In this document: piece by piece, positions 30,403 through 40,761 of the stretch
How the letters are laid out: the number at the start of each line of letters is the position of its first letter
Position numbering within the stretch: position 1 is the first letter of the stretch
NCBI GenBank assembly: GCA_965203315.1
Contig: OZ241857.1
Coordinates: 1,056,001 to 1,120,000, forward strand
Reading direction: 5' to 3'
Source of the DNA: Nitrosopumilus sp.
GTDB lineage: Archaea > Thermoproteota > Nitrososphaeria > Nitrososphaerales > Nitrosopumilaceae
Length of the DNA stretch: 64,000 bases
Notes under the pieces: model-generated
Database searches by the model: none
The model's input: the letters and a program-made list of their open reading frames with translations, nothing else
What the model was told of the DNA's origin: nothing
Translations under genes and position numbers: made by a program

Positions 30403-30433
30403 GATTTATAATAAAAAATCAGCAAGTATAGAT

Positions 30434-31096
30434 ATGTATCTAGAGTCTGCATTAGACTCGCTTCGGCGTGGCGAGTTTATTCTTCTTTATGACTCGGCAG
30501 GGCGTGAGAACGAAATTGATATGGTAGTTGCGGCCGAGTTTATAACTCCAGAGCACATAGTCCGAATGAGACAGAACGGTGGAGGTCTCTTGTGTATGGC
30601 AATAGATCACAACTTTGCTAGATCACTTGGACTGCGATACATGCATGATATACTATCAGATGCGCTCTCTGACGATGCCATGATAATGGGTCTAGCGCCG
30701 TATGGAGATCACCCAACATTCTCATTATCTGTAAATCATTATCAAACGTTTACTGGAATAACTGATCGTGACCGAGCACTTACCATTAAAGAGATGGCAA
30801 AACTATTCAATGTCGAGAATCCCAAGAGGCGATTTATCTCATCTTTCAAGACGCCAGGTCATGTGCCCTTGCTCATAGCATCCAAAGATCTATTGAACGT
30901 TCGTCAAGGCCATACCGAGATGTCAGTATATCTCAACCATATTGCTGGACTTGTTCCCATAACTGCTATCTGTGAGATGATGGATGCACATACATACAAT
31001 GCACTCTCTCTTGACAAGGCGGCAAAATTCGCAAAAGATAATGGGATACCCCTAGTTGACGGGAAAGAGTTAGTGGAATACGCAAAGGTGCATTAG
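30434..31096 (+). CDS. ribB: 3,4-dihydroxy-2-butanone-4-phosphate synthase
   Basis: YDSAGRENEIDM, TGITDRDR, PGHV, RQGHTE, CEMMD. Confidence 0.95.
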   Translation: MYLESALDSLRRGEFILLYDSAGRENEIDMVVAAEFITPEHIVRMRQNGGGLLCMAIDHNFARSLGLRYMHDILSDALSDDAMIMGLAPYGDHPTFSLSVNHYQTFTGITDRDRALTIKEMAKLFNVENPKRRFISSFKTPGHVPLLIASKDLLNVRQGHTEMSVYLNHIAGLVPITAICEMMDAHTYNALSLDKAAKFAKDNGIPLVDGKELVEYAKVH

Positions 31097-31098
31097 CA

Positions 31099-31515
31099 TT
31101 GAGAATTGCTATAGTCGTCTCGGCGTTTAATGACAAGATTACGTCTAGAATGCTTGCAGTTGCAAAAGAGAGATCAGAATCTCTAGGCATAACCGTTACA
31201 CATGTATCAAAAGTATCAGGTACATTTGATATGCCAATCATAGTTGCAGCTATGTTAAAGAGAGATGATATCGATGGAGTAGTGACTCTGGGCGCAGTTA
31301 TAAAAGGACAGACAAGACATGATGAAGTGATAGCACACTCTACAGCACGAGCTCTAGTAGATCTAGCAATACAATTCCAAAAACCTGTATCACTAGGAGT
31401 CTCTGGGCCAGGTATGCAACAGCGTCAGGCATATGCAAGAATTCGTCCTGTTGCTGAACGAGCAGTGGAAGCAGTTCTCAAGACATCACAAGAGTTGGAC
31501 AAGATCAGATCATGA
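31099..31515 (+). CDS. ribH: 6,7-dimethyl-8-ribityllumazine synthase
   Basis: IAIVVSAFN, LGAVIKGQTRH, KPVSLGVSGPG. Confidence 0.95.
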   Translation: MRIAIVVSAFNDKITSRMLAVAKERSESLGITVTHVSKVSGTFDMPIIVAAMLKRDDIDGVVTLGAVIKGQTRHDEVIAHSTARALVDLAIQFQKPVSLGVSGPGMQQRQAYARIRPVAERAVEAVLKTSQELDKIRS

Positions 31516-32261
31516 TACAGCTAAGTATTCTAAAGTTAACCGAGTATGGTCCATGGACTCTGACTCTCGGTAGCGATCGTGAACATCGGCTTCAAATGTT
31601 ACAATCCTCGTTATACCGTACAACTCAGCAATTATTTTCTGAAAAGGACGGTCTAGTATTTCTGAACCGAGCAGATGAGCTCTTTGTAGTATCAAACGGA
31701 ATTAAATTACAAGATCATGTAGAGATTCAAAGAACGATCAACAAAGAGTTTGATGTCGGTTTTAACATATCGATTGGACACGGTGACACGCCATTTGCTG
31801 CAAACCAGAATGCGTATCAAGCAAAAAAGAACAAGTCTCTACTAGACTCTAACCATCAAATATATGGTTTTAATGACTCAGTCGATACATCCGATATAGC
31901 AATAATGCATCTAGATGTTGATGATCTCTCATCGTATAGAGAGACTAGAACACCTTTTGAGATATCATTGATTATATTCGAGTTGTATGTAAACATGGCA
32001 AAATACTTTACAACAAAAGAATCTCTGACATTCTTTCTTGGTGGCGACAACTTTATGATAGTTGCAAACGATTCGGCAACAAGTCAGGTAAAGGAGTTTA
32101 TTGCAAAGATCAAACAAGAGTATTCTATAACATTGAACTGTGGTATCGGACGTGGTAGATCTGCACGTGCAGCTGCAAAACTAGCAACACAGTCTCTCGA
32201 CACTATACGTGAGATTCGGGACTCTGGAAGACCAAAACCCGATGTTTATGAGGCATGTTAA
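31512..32261 (+). CDS. gch3: GTP cyclohydrolase III (IIa)
   Basis: YGPWTLTLGSDREHRLQMLQ, HLDVDD, FFLGGDNF. Confidence 0.9.
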   Translation: MIQLSILKLTEYGPWTLTLGSDREHRLQMLQSSLYRTTQQLFSEKDGLVFLNRADELFVVSNGIKLQDHVEIQRTINKEFDVGFNISIGHGDTPFAANQNAYQAKKNKSLLDSNHQIYGFNDSVDTSDIAIMHLDVDDLSSYRETRTPFEISLIIFELYVNMAKYFTTKESLTFFLGGDNFMIVANDSATSQVKEFIAKIKQEYSITLNCGIGRGRSARAAAKLATQSLDTIREIRDSGRPKPDVYEAC

Positions 32262-33424
32262 TCAAAAATACTAGTGCCTTACTTGGTTCTGAACTAGAGT
32301 TTGTAAAATGTATCAACATAGATATCCGAGATGATAAGTTCTATAAAATTGGCAATAGTACGAGATCGACAGAGTCTATAGATTGTGAAGGGTTCTTGAT
32401 GATTCCAGGATTTGTAAACGCTCATACACACATTGGTGACTCTGTTGGCAAAGATATCGCAATTCATTCAGTAGATCATACAGTTCATCCAGTCTTTGGT
32501 GCAAAGGCAAAGATCCTAAAGCAGACTAGTGATGATATCATGATAGATTTTATGAAGAGTTCCATACATGCGATGGTTCGCAAAGGCATCACAACCTTTG
32601 TTGACTTTAGAGAGGGGGGCAGTAAAGGTGTCCACTTGTTGAAGCGTGCTCTACAGGGTACTCCTATTCGATGCATAATACTTGGTAGAGTGGAATCGTA
32701 TTCAAATGTGCATCCAGAACAACTGTCCACTGACGTATTCAAAAATAAACTAGACGAACTCGTTGATCTGTGCGATGGTGTTGGTCTCAGTGGCGCCAAC
32801 GAGAACAACGATTCAACCATACATCAATATTCCAATACACATAAACTTCGTGCAATTCATGCAGCAGAGACTCAAGAGAGTACAATATACTCTAAAGATA
32901 CTAGTTCATTCTCTGAAGTAACTAGAGCATTACGTGTAAAACCACACTTTCTAGTTCACATGACTTGGGCATCTAGATCAGAACTTGCTCGTGCTGCAAA
33001 GAGTACTCGCGGCATAGTTGTATGTCCTCGCGCCAATGGTGTACTTGCAGCTGGTATTCCAAATATTATACAGATGAAGAATGCAGGATGTACTCTAGCT
33101 CTAGGTACTGATAACGTTATGATAAACTCGCCGGATATGTTTCGAGAGATGGATTACATATGGAAGGTCATGATGGCAACACACAGATGTCGAATAGAAC
33201 CACGTGAGATAATAAAGATGGCTACTGTAAATGGTGGCAAAATTGTTGATAGAGATATTGGCACAATTGATTTAGGTAAATCAGCTGATTGTATATTTAT
33301 TGATAAACATGCACTTGATCTAGAACCAATGCATGATCCATATGCTGCAATAGTTCATCGTGCAACAGAATCTTCAATACGCGCTGTAATGATAAATGGA
33401 GAGATAGTTTATGGCAAACTCTAG
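32255..33424 (+). CDS. Metal-dependent amidohydrolase in the riboflavin operon
   Basis: PGFVNAHTHIGD, IHAAE, CPRAN, LGTDN. Confidence 0.85.
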   Translation: MLIKNTSALLGSELEFVKCINIDIRDDKFYKIGNSTRSTESIDCEGFLMIPGFVNAHTHIGDSVGKDIAIHSVDHTVHPVFGAKAKILKQTSDDIMIDFMKSSIHAMVRKGITTFVDFREGGSKGVHLLKRALQGTPIRCIILGRVESYSNVHPEQLSTDVFKNKLDELVDLCDGVGLSGANENNDSTIHQYSNTHKLRAIHAAETQESTIYSKDTSSFSEVTRALRVKPHFLVHMTWASRSELARAAKSTRGIVVCPRANGVLAAGIPNIIQMKNAGCTLALGTDNVMINSPDMFREMDYIWKVMMATHRCRIEPREIIKMATVNGGKIVDRDIGTIDLGKSADCIFIDKHALDLEPMHDPYAAIVHRATESSIRAVMINGEIVYGKL

Positions 33425-34067
33425 ACCACATGTAATACTTTGTGCTGCAATGTCAATCGACGGAAAGATTGCAACTAGTACAGGTGACTCTAAACTCTCT
33501 TCAGATACAGATCTATTGCGTTTACATAAATTACGTTCTCGAGTAGATGCGGTCCTAGTTGGTAAGAATACATTACTAGCTGATGATCCATTATTAACTG
33601 TAAGACGAGTACGCGGTTTAAATCCAACTCGTATAATTTTAGATTCGCGCGGCACTATTCCCAATGACTCTAAAATATTACAGACCAGTTCTGATGTTCC
33701 GACGATCATTGCAGTAACAAAAAGCATTACAAAGAGAGATAAATCTAGATTACAAAACTCATCAGCTGAGGTTTTGGTTGTTGGAACAAAATCTATAAAC
33801 CTCAAACTGCTGTTACGTAAACTACACAGTAGAGGTATACGAACTCTCTTGGTCGAGGGTGGCGGTACAACCAACTGGGAGTTTGTACAACACAATCTCT
33901 TTGATGAACTTGTTGTTACGATATCTCCATTTCTGGTGGGCGGTAAAGACTCAATCTCACTGATAGAAGGACTCGGATTCAGCAAGCTCTCTGACTCTCC
34001 CAATCTACGACTCAAATCGACTAAAAAGCTCCAAAATCATCTAGTTTTGACATATATCAACGTGTAA
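33411..34067 (+). CDS. 2,5-diamino-6-(ribosylamino)-4(3H)-pyrimidinone 5'-phosphate reductase
   Basis: AAMSIDGKIA, DAVLVG..T...DDPLLTVR, LLVEGGG. Confidence 0.92.
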   Translation: MANSRPHVILCAAMSIDGKIATSTGDSKLSSDTDLLRLHKLRSRVDAVLVGKNTLLADDPLLTVRRVRGLNPTRIILDSRGTIPNDSKILQTSSDVPTIIAVTKSITKRDKSRLQNSSAEVLVVGTKSINLKLLLRKLHSRGIRTLLVEGGGTTNWEFVQHNLFDELVVTISPFLVGGKDSISLIEGLGFSKLSDSPNLRLKSTKKLQNHLVLTYINV

Positions 34068-34100
34068 GTTATTATATCAAGCCATTGTAGAATTACAAGA

Positions 34101-34310
34101 TTGGTAGCAAAAACCAAGAGCGCAGCCAAGAAAAAGACTGCCGATAAAAAAGGAACGTCATCCAAAAAGGCATTTGGGGGATACACAATTAGTTTTGCGA
34201 ATCGCGACGAGACATTGGAACAAGTATTTGGCAAAAAGCCTATTCCACCAAGTGAGATGACTAAAAAGATTTGGGCATTTGTGAAAGCAAATGAACTATC
34301 AAACAAATAA
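34101..34310 (+). CDS. Small basic SWIB/MDM2-like protein
   Basis: LEQVFGKKPIPPSEMTKKIWAFVKANEL after a Lys-rich tail. Confidence 0.75.
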   Translation: MVAKTKSAAKKKTADKKGTSSKKAFGGYTISFANRDETLEQVFGKKPIPPSEMTKKIWAFVKANELSNK

Positions 34311-34317
34311 GTATATT

Positions 34318-34346
34318 GATTAACGGTACCCGTTAATCGATTTTTT
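34318..34346 (+). terminator. Hairpin plus T-tract
   Basis: GATTAACGG-tac-CCGTTAATC followed by GATTTTTT. Confidence 0.55.
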
Positions 34347-34562
34347 ATATTTTATATCCGAATATAAAATATCAGACGTTATGCCTGATTCCTCATACTT
34401 GGATATTGTGACTCAGTCTCTAAAATCAAACTCTAGATACAAAAACTAAAGACTGCCGAGACAAGAATATCAACCTATTATCCATAGTAAAATTTCAAAT
34501 TACAAGAGTGGTTGTAGACATGACGCAAACAAAATATATACAAATCAATAAAACATACACAC

Positions 34563-35108
34563 ATGTCTACTGAATCGCTACGTCGTGATCATGATCTGAT
34601 TACCAAAGTAGTTCGTGCGATGGAGTCTACAGTTCAGTTATTAATTGATGGTAAAGAGATTCCAGAGTCTATCTTGCGTGACGTGATCGAGTTTACAACA
34701 AACTTTACTGATACATGTCATCATGGTAAAGAAGAAGAGTCATTATTTCCGACTTTGGAGAGAGCAGGCATGCCAAGCAACATTGGACCAATTGCAATGA
34801 TGCTACTAGAACATCAACAATCACGTGAGATTGTAACACGTATGATATCATCAACAAAAGAGTACCTAGATTCTGGTAATTCAGATAGACTAATTGTAGA
34901 TATGCAACAATACATCAAACATATCACAGAACATTTGTGGAAAGAGAATAATCGCCTCTTTGTAATGGTAGAGTCACGTTTACAAAATAGCTCCATAGAT
35001 ACAGATCTCGACAAGGTAGAAGCTACAAAGCTGGAGAGTTTGGGCAAGCCTCGAGATCATTATGAAAAGATTGCACGCGACCTAACAGATAACATCTCAA
35101 AGTTGTGA
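34563..35108 (+). CDS. Hemerythrin HHE domain protein
   Basis: LRRDH, CHHGKEE..LFP, EHQQSR, HLWKENN. Confidence 0.88.
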   Translation: MSTESLRRDHDLITKVVRAMESTVQLLIDGKEIPESILRDVIEFTTNFTDTCHHGKEEESLFPTLERAGMPSNIGPIAMMLLEHQQSREIVTRMISSTKEYLDSGNSDRLIVDMQQYIKHITEHLWKENNRLFVMVESRLQNSSIDTDLDKVEATKLESLGKPRDHYEKIARDLTDNISKL

Positions 35109-36439
35109 CGAGGAATGTTTTTAGGAATCATGAACTTTGACGGTATATCAAAGATCAAGGCGTTCCGAGACTTTAATCTCTGCTCAATATTTTATCGAGT
35201 GATCCTCGTCAGAGTATATTAGGACTTTTTTGATACTTAAGCCATGTGTATTATTGATCAGTAAAGTTTAAAAGGTGTGATAAATTTGCCAACAGATTTA
35301 GCAACATCGTATCATTGTTTTCTATATACGCCAACTTGTGATATCATCTCATCATACTAATGCAGATCATGCTCGTTCTGCATATCCAAGATTTGATGGC
35401 TTGGTGGTACATGCTGTCTAGTCACTTGGATAACAGCTGGGTTGGTTAAGAGTCTGTGTTAAGTTGCTAATTCGGCGGAGGTTGGCATCTTTACAACTCT
35501 CTAAAATGTGCAAGATATGCAGACTGTCTCATATCGGCTTGTCATAAATTGCTACTGTTTTTAATCGCATACTGTACATTGAGACAACGTCTTCACCATC
35601 TCAACTACCGCAGACAGAGCCGAGAATTTAGCCAAAAAGCAATCGACAATCCCAGTGTAAATTGGCGCTCAAACTTGTCATTCAACATAGTGTCGACTCT
35701 GAAGATTATCATAAAATCTAACAGATTTTATGTTTACAAACTCCAACATACCATATCTAGACAGCTCTCTCCCAAATCCACTATGTTTTATTCCACCAAA
35801 AGGTATTCGAGGATCAGATACTACAACATTATTGACACTTACTATACCAGATGCAATCTTGTTTGATATCTGTTCTGCCTTTTCTAAATCTCTAGTCCAT
35901 ATACTTGCACCAAGTCCAAACTCTGTATCGTTGGCCATACGTATAGCCTCTTCTTCGTCATCAACTAGTGTAACAGGAGCGACAGGACCAAACGTCTCTT
36001 CAGTCGCTATCCGCATATTTGATCTTATGCCCGTTAGGATCGTTGGTTCGTAAAAGTAGCCTCTTTTATTGACAATAGATCCGCCAAGCAGTATATCGGC
36101 ACCTTTTGACTTGGCATCTTCAACGATAGCGGATATTGTATCTAGGCCTTGTTTACTAGATAGTGGACCAATATCTGTATCACTAGACATCGGATCCCCA
36201 ACTCGTAGTCGTGATGTCTTTTGGATGAATTGATCTATAAAGTCATCAGCGATACTTTTATGGATAAAGAATCGCTTTGATGCAATACAACTCTGTCCAC
36301 AGTTTATGAACCTGCCCTTTACTGCACCTTCAGCTGCTTCTTCGATATCTGCATCATCTATAGTGACAAGATAAATTAATTTCAGTATCAACTATTTTTG
36401 ACATCATAAGTTATGAATTAATGTGTTCTAGACATTACA

Positions 36440-37486
36440 ATGGCAACAAAAAAGAGATCTGTCAATACTTCAAAGACATCTAAATCGCCCAGACGATGGT
36501 CTGGATCACAGAGAAAAATACTCAAGAAGGGTCTTAAGAAAAGAAAACACCAACACATACGACACAAAGTCATAGCTCTCAAGATGATCATAGTCGATGG
36601 CTGTACAGTAGCACTTGCTGCAAAATCTGTTGGAGTAACAGAACGTACAGTATACAATTGGCTCAATCGATTTGACGAAAAGGCTCTTTTTGGGCTGGAA
36701 GACAAGGGCGGTCGTGGAAGAAAACCCAAGATACCTGACGAAACATATGAGCAAATACTAGACACTCAAGAAAGAACAACACCTAGAGACATGTACAAGT
36801 TACTTTTAGACGAGACAGGTGTAAGACAACACTTTGATACGATAAGAAAGAGGATGAAAAAGTTAGGGTGGTCAAGGAAACGTTCACAAACGGCATACAG
36901 AAATCGAGCTAAACCTCCAGAGATCAAAGCATTCCGTAAAAGGGTACTGTCCATGTATGGACATCTCAAGAAGAAAGGTTGGAAACTGTTTGCAATGGAC
37001 GAGACAATCTTGACGTTAGAAACCAAGAATGGTGCTAAATTCTGGACCAAAATAGGCAGGCCTGTATATGCTACCTCAAAGGGGTCACGTGATAAAGTGA
37101 TCGTAATGGGGGCAATAGGTCAAGGTAGAGTGCAATACTTTGAGATAGTAGAGAGTACAAACAAGGCCTGTTTCTTGGAGTTTCTGAAAAACCTGTACAA
37201 ACGCTTTCAAAAAGTGATACTGCTGCTCGATGGTCCCAAGACGCATAAAGGAGAAGAGGTCGAAGAGTTCATCAAGGGCAAGGATATCAAACTCGTCTAT
37301 CTGCCAAGAGCAATACCCGAGTTCAATCCAATCGAAGAGTATTGGCATCAGCTCAAACGAGAGATCAAAGTTGGAGTATACTATGAGACAGTTGAAGAGA
37401 TGGAAGCTGCTGTGCGTGACTATCTAAAAAAGACACGACATACGCTCGATCTTTTGGCATTCATAAAAAGAGAGATCGTTGCATAA
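36440..37486 (+). CDS. IS630-family transposase
   Basis: HTH (TVYNWLNRF..GL.DK.GRGRKP), MDET, LLDG, LP..PEFNPIEEYW. Confidence 0.93.
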   Translation: MATKKRSVNTSKTSKSPRRWSGSQRKILKKGLKKRKHQHIRHKVIALKMIIVDGCTVALAAKSVGVTERTVYNWLNRFDEKALFGLEDKGGRGRKPKIPDETYEQILDTQERTTPRDMYKLLLDETGVRQHFDTIRKRMKKLGWSRKRSQTAYRNRAKPPEIKAFRKRVLSMYGHLKKKGWKLFAMDETILTLETKNGAKFWTKIGRPVYATSKGSRDKVIVMGAIGQGRVQYFEIVESTNKACFLEFLKNLYKRFQKVILLLDGPKTHKGEEVEEFIKGKDIKLVYLPRAIPEFNPIEEYWHQLKREIKVGVYYETVEEMEAAVRDYLKKTRHTLDLLAFIKREIVA

Positions 37487-37490
37487 TACG

Positions 37491-37733
37491 TCAAACTCGT
37501 GTTAGTGGCTTTCTTCCTCTACCGGGTTTGTCTTCTAGTCCTGCAATTCCTTCTCGCTTGTATCGTCTTAGCCAATTATACACGGTACGTTCCGTCCTGC
37601 CAACATGCCTTGCTGTACGTGATATTGTGTTTTTATCAATTAGAACCATCTTTACACCAAAGATTCTAGTTCGTATGTGCGCGTACTTTTTATTTTTAAG
37701 AGCTAGAAGAAGATTTTTGTGTTTTGTACTCAA
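37491..37733 (-). CDS. HTH protein paralogous to the IS630 transposase N-terminus
   Basis: TERTVYNWLRRY..G..GLEDKPGRGRKP matches TERTVYNWLNRF...GLEDKGGRGRKP. Confidence 0.65.
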   Translation of the reverse strand: MSTKHKNLLLALKNKKYAHIRTRIFGVKMVLIDKNTISRTARHVGRTERTVYNWLRRYKREGIAGLEDKPGRGRKPLTRV

Positions 37734-38605
37734 GATATCACTAAAAATTATGTCAATGCGTGAATTTTAGTGTTTTAATGGACATAACAGTGAAATTAAT
37801 TCGTCATGTCACTATAGTACGATGAATGGATCACTACCACCAAGCTCTAGAACACATTTTTTCAGGTTGATAGATGCGCGTTGTCCTACCTCCGCTCCAG
37901 CGCTTGTACTTCCAGTAAACGTTACTGCATTCACATCAGAGTCGATCAGATGGTTTGCAGTGTCAACACTTCCCACCACAGTTTGAAATACTCCTTTGGG
38001 AATACCGGCTGCAGTAAAAGCTGATTCGATCTCGATTCCCGATTGTATGGTCAGTCGGGATGGTTTCATAACTATGACATTTCCTGCCATCAAGCACGGA
38101 GCTGCAAAACGTAGTGCTTGCCAATATGGAAAGTTCCAAGGCATTATTGAACCGATTACTCCGAGTGGCTCAAACGTCAAAAAACTCTTTCGTGCATCAG
38201 TGTTTAATATCTCGTTAGATAGAAAACTATCACCATGATCTGCGTAAAATTCTAATGCCCATGCGCATTTCTCAACTTCGCTTATAGACTCTTTGAGAGC
38301 TTTGCCCATCTCAGATGTCGCAACCTTTGCAAGATTGATCTTGTTCTTCTTCAAATAATCCACTAGATTGTATATGTAACTGCGTCGCTTCTCATAGTCT
38401 ATACGCCACTCTTCAAATGTCTTACCAGCTAGTTTGACACGTTCAAAGACCTCTGATCTATCCATTATGTCATATCGATCTAGCTCTTCTGTTGTTGCTG
38501 GGTTTGTTGTGATTATCTGGTTCAGTATCTTGTTTTGTATTGTCATGTATTTATCTTAAATTATTATCCTAGATATCAGTGTGTTATTGATATTGAATAT
38601 GAGGT

Positions 38606-39121
38606 CTAAAAGATCTGTTGCATATCGCCTTTGATGTCGTCGATCTTTTTCGCATAAGCGCGTTTGGATTTGTCATTCTTCTTCAAGTTTAACACCTTTC
38701 CACACGAAGGACATCTAAACATACCTTCTAGTGACTCTTCAAATGTAACTCTTGAGCAGTCATTGTTTCCACAATGATAAAAATCAGATGCATTCTCATA
38801 GTCTAATCTCTGCTGAAGTCGTTCAGTAATCTTTTTCTTTTGATTCTCGATAAAGGTCTCGACCTCGTCACGTCTAGTCTGCCATCTGTACACAAACCAC
38901 CCCTTTCTATCATCTTTTACCCTAATGCCTGTGATCAATGACTTGCCAAAGAGGTCATACAGAACCTTTCGTACCATATTTATTCGAAGTCCAGTAGAGC
39001 TCGCAATCTCTTCATCTGTGGCATCTTTTGCCTTGAGCAACGAGCGTGCAACCTTGAGATACTCATCTCCTCCTATCATTGCTGCTATACGCACAAATGG
39101 ATCTTCATACTTGTCAACCAA
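38606..39121 (-). CDS. tfe: Transcription factor E
   Basis: TDEEIA...VRKVLYDL, GWFVYRW, C..C/CPSC Zn ribbon. Confidence 0.93.
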   Translation of the reverse strand: MVDKYEDPFVRIAAMIGGDEYLKVARSLLKAKDATDEEIASSTGLRINMVRKVLYDLFGKSLITGIRVKDDRKGWFVYRWQTRRDEVETFIENQKKKITERLQQRLDYENASDFYHCGNNDCSRVTFEESLEGMFRCPSCGKVLNLKKNDKSKRAYAKKIDDIKGDMQQIF

Positions 39122-39147
39122 TCACATCTACTCTATACATTCTAGTA

Positions 39148-39675
39148 TTAATCCCTTGTTTTGACATGTACATTCTTACCTTTAGCAGTAGGTACTATAC
39201 TTCGCTTTGCGCCGTCAAATGTATACTCGAACTGTTTTCCTTGCTGAATACGATCAAGAAATACTCCCAATGCACTGATCTCAGAGTGTGGCTGGTTACC
39301 GATACTGACGTTATAGTCGGCAATATCGTATACTTGTCTTGGAACCTTTTCAGCTCCAACCACAATCAAGATATCTGCATCGTGTATAGCATCTTGAATA
39401 TCATTGATCAGTTGACCGTACATTGTTAGATGTACAATCTTGAATCCATCTCGCTTTCGTTCTTTTAGGACAGACATCCAACTTTGACAGAACTGTAACT
39501 CAAAGTTGCCACCCCACGTATCATTGATCTTTGATATAGTATCTCTAATCTCTGGATTCACCTCGGTCATGTAGATCTTTGTTGCACCAAAAGCTCTAGC
39601 AACTAGAGCTACATGTGTTGTAACTCGATCATCTCTGACTAGTCGTTGTCCAATTCTAAGAACTTCTATCACCAA
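39148..39675 (-). CDS. trm56: tRNA (cytidine(56)-2'-O)-methyltransferase
   Basis: [38 protein letters not shown]; start position inferred. Confidence 0.93.
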   Translation of the reverse strand: MVIEVLRIGQRLVRDDRVTTHVALVARAFGATKIYMTEVNPEIRDTISKINDTWGGNFELQFCQSWMSVLKERKRDGFKIVHLTMYGQLINDIQDAIHDADILIVVGAEKVPRQVYDIADYNVSIGNQPHSEISALGVFLDRIQQGKQFEYTFDGAKRSIVPTAKGKNVHVKTRD

Positions 39676-40759
39676 TTCCAATCGCCTCCACTTTACATTG
39701 TTCTTGTATAATATCATGTGCGAGTAGTTTGAGACCAGCAATGTTTGTACCGTTCTTGGCAGATACTTTGATCCATTTTTTGCTCTCACTCAAATTTAGT
39801 GCGACGATCTTTTCTTCAATATCTTTATCGTCTGTCTGATCGATCTTGTTCAACGCATAAATCATCTTGTCCCGTTCAATACCAAGATCAGATAGAGTCT
39901 TTATGCAGCTAGAGAATTTTTTTCGTAGTTCGTGTATTGGATTACTTGCATCGATTACAATTATTACGATATCTGCATATCCTATCTCTTCTAGTGTAGA
40001 TCTGAATGCATCTATCATATATGCAGGCAATTTGCTGATAAATCCAACAGTATCTGATATCAGAAACGACTCTCTCTGTATGGTTACTCGTCGTGTTGTT
40101 GTAGACAGAGTTGTAAATAGTTCGGTACTCTCTGCTCGGTCCTCGCCAGTAATTCTATTGAATAACGTTGTCTTGCCAGCTGATGTATATCCAGCTAGAG
40201 ATATGGTCTTAAATCCTGCTCTCTTTCGTCCCTGTCTGTGTAGCTCACGTTGACGACCTGCTCTTTCCAGCTTTGCTCGTATAGATTGCATTCTATGTTT
40301 GATATCGTTATAGTATACATCGACTCCAAACTTGCCTATTCCCATAAATCCAGGTTGTTCTCCCATGCTAGATAGTCGTACCTTTTCTTTTGCCCTTGCC
40401 ATCTCGTATCGCAATTGAGCAAGCTTTACTTGCAGCTTGGATTCAGCACTAGACGCTCTACGTTCAAAGATCTCTAGAATTAACGTCTCTCTATCCAAGA
40501 TTGTCTTGTGTAGGGTCGATGCAAGATTATAATTTTGACTAGGTTTGAGAATCTCATCAAATATGATTACATTTGGTCTCAAATTCTCAACCATCTCTTC
40601 TAGACGCTCAAGTGTATAACCGCTTATTCCAAACTTTGGTCTATTCAAAAATCGTTGTTTTATAATATGAATAACCTCATAGCCAGCTGTGTTACAAAGT
40701 TCTCTAGCTTCTTCTATAGCGTCATTATTGTCATATGTGATTAATATCGCTGAACTCAT
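39656..40759 (-). CDS. hflX: GTPase HflX
   Basis: [38 protein letters not shown]. Confidence 0.95.
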   Translation of the reverse strand: MSSAILITYDNNDAIEEARELCNTAGYEVIHIIKQRFLNRPKFGISGYTLERLEEMVENLRPNVIIFDEILKPSQNYNLASTLHKTILDRETLILEIFERRASSAESKLQVKLAQLRYEMARAKEKVRLSSMGEQPGFMGIGKFGVDVYYNDIKHRMQSIRAKLERAGRQRELHRQGRKRAGFKTISLAGYTSAGKTTLFNRITGEDRAESTELFTTLSTTTRRVTIQRESFLISDTVGFISKLPAYMIDAFRSTLEEIGYADIVIIVIDASNPIHELRKKFSSCIKTLSDLGIERDKMIYALNKIDQTDDKDIEEKIVALNLSESKKWIKVSAKNGTNIAGLKLLAHDIIQEQCKVEAIGIGDRSS

Positions 40760-40761
40760 AT

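Larger units (their letters stand above)
36361..37814 (+). mobile_element. IS630-family insertion sequence
   Basis: Imperfect 26-bp TIR TAGTGACAwGAyrAATTAATTTCAsT; TA duplication at 36359-36360 and 37815-37816. Confidence 0.9.
35678..38546 (-). pseudogene. NAD(P)-dependent succinate-semialdehyde dehydrogenase-like aldehyde dehydrogenase, interrupted by IS630
   Basis: PWNFP, FTGS, LELGGSDPFIVL|DDAD (rejoins in frame), GQSCIA, EETFGP, PFGG. Confidence 0.9.

Noticed and set aside
35678-36391. Standalone 237-aa aldehyde dehydrogenase
   Set aside because: Its first residues come from the IS630 TIR; it is the 3' half of the split gene.
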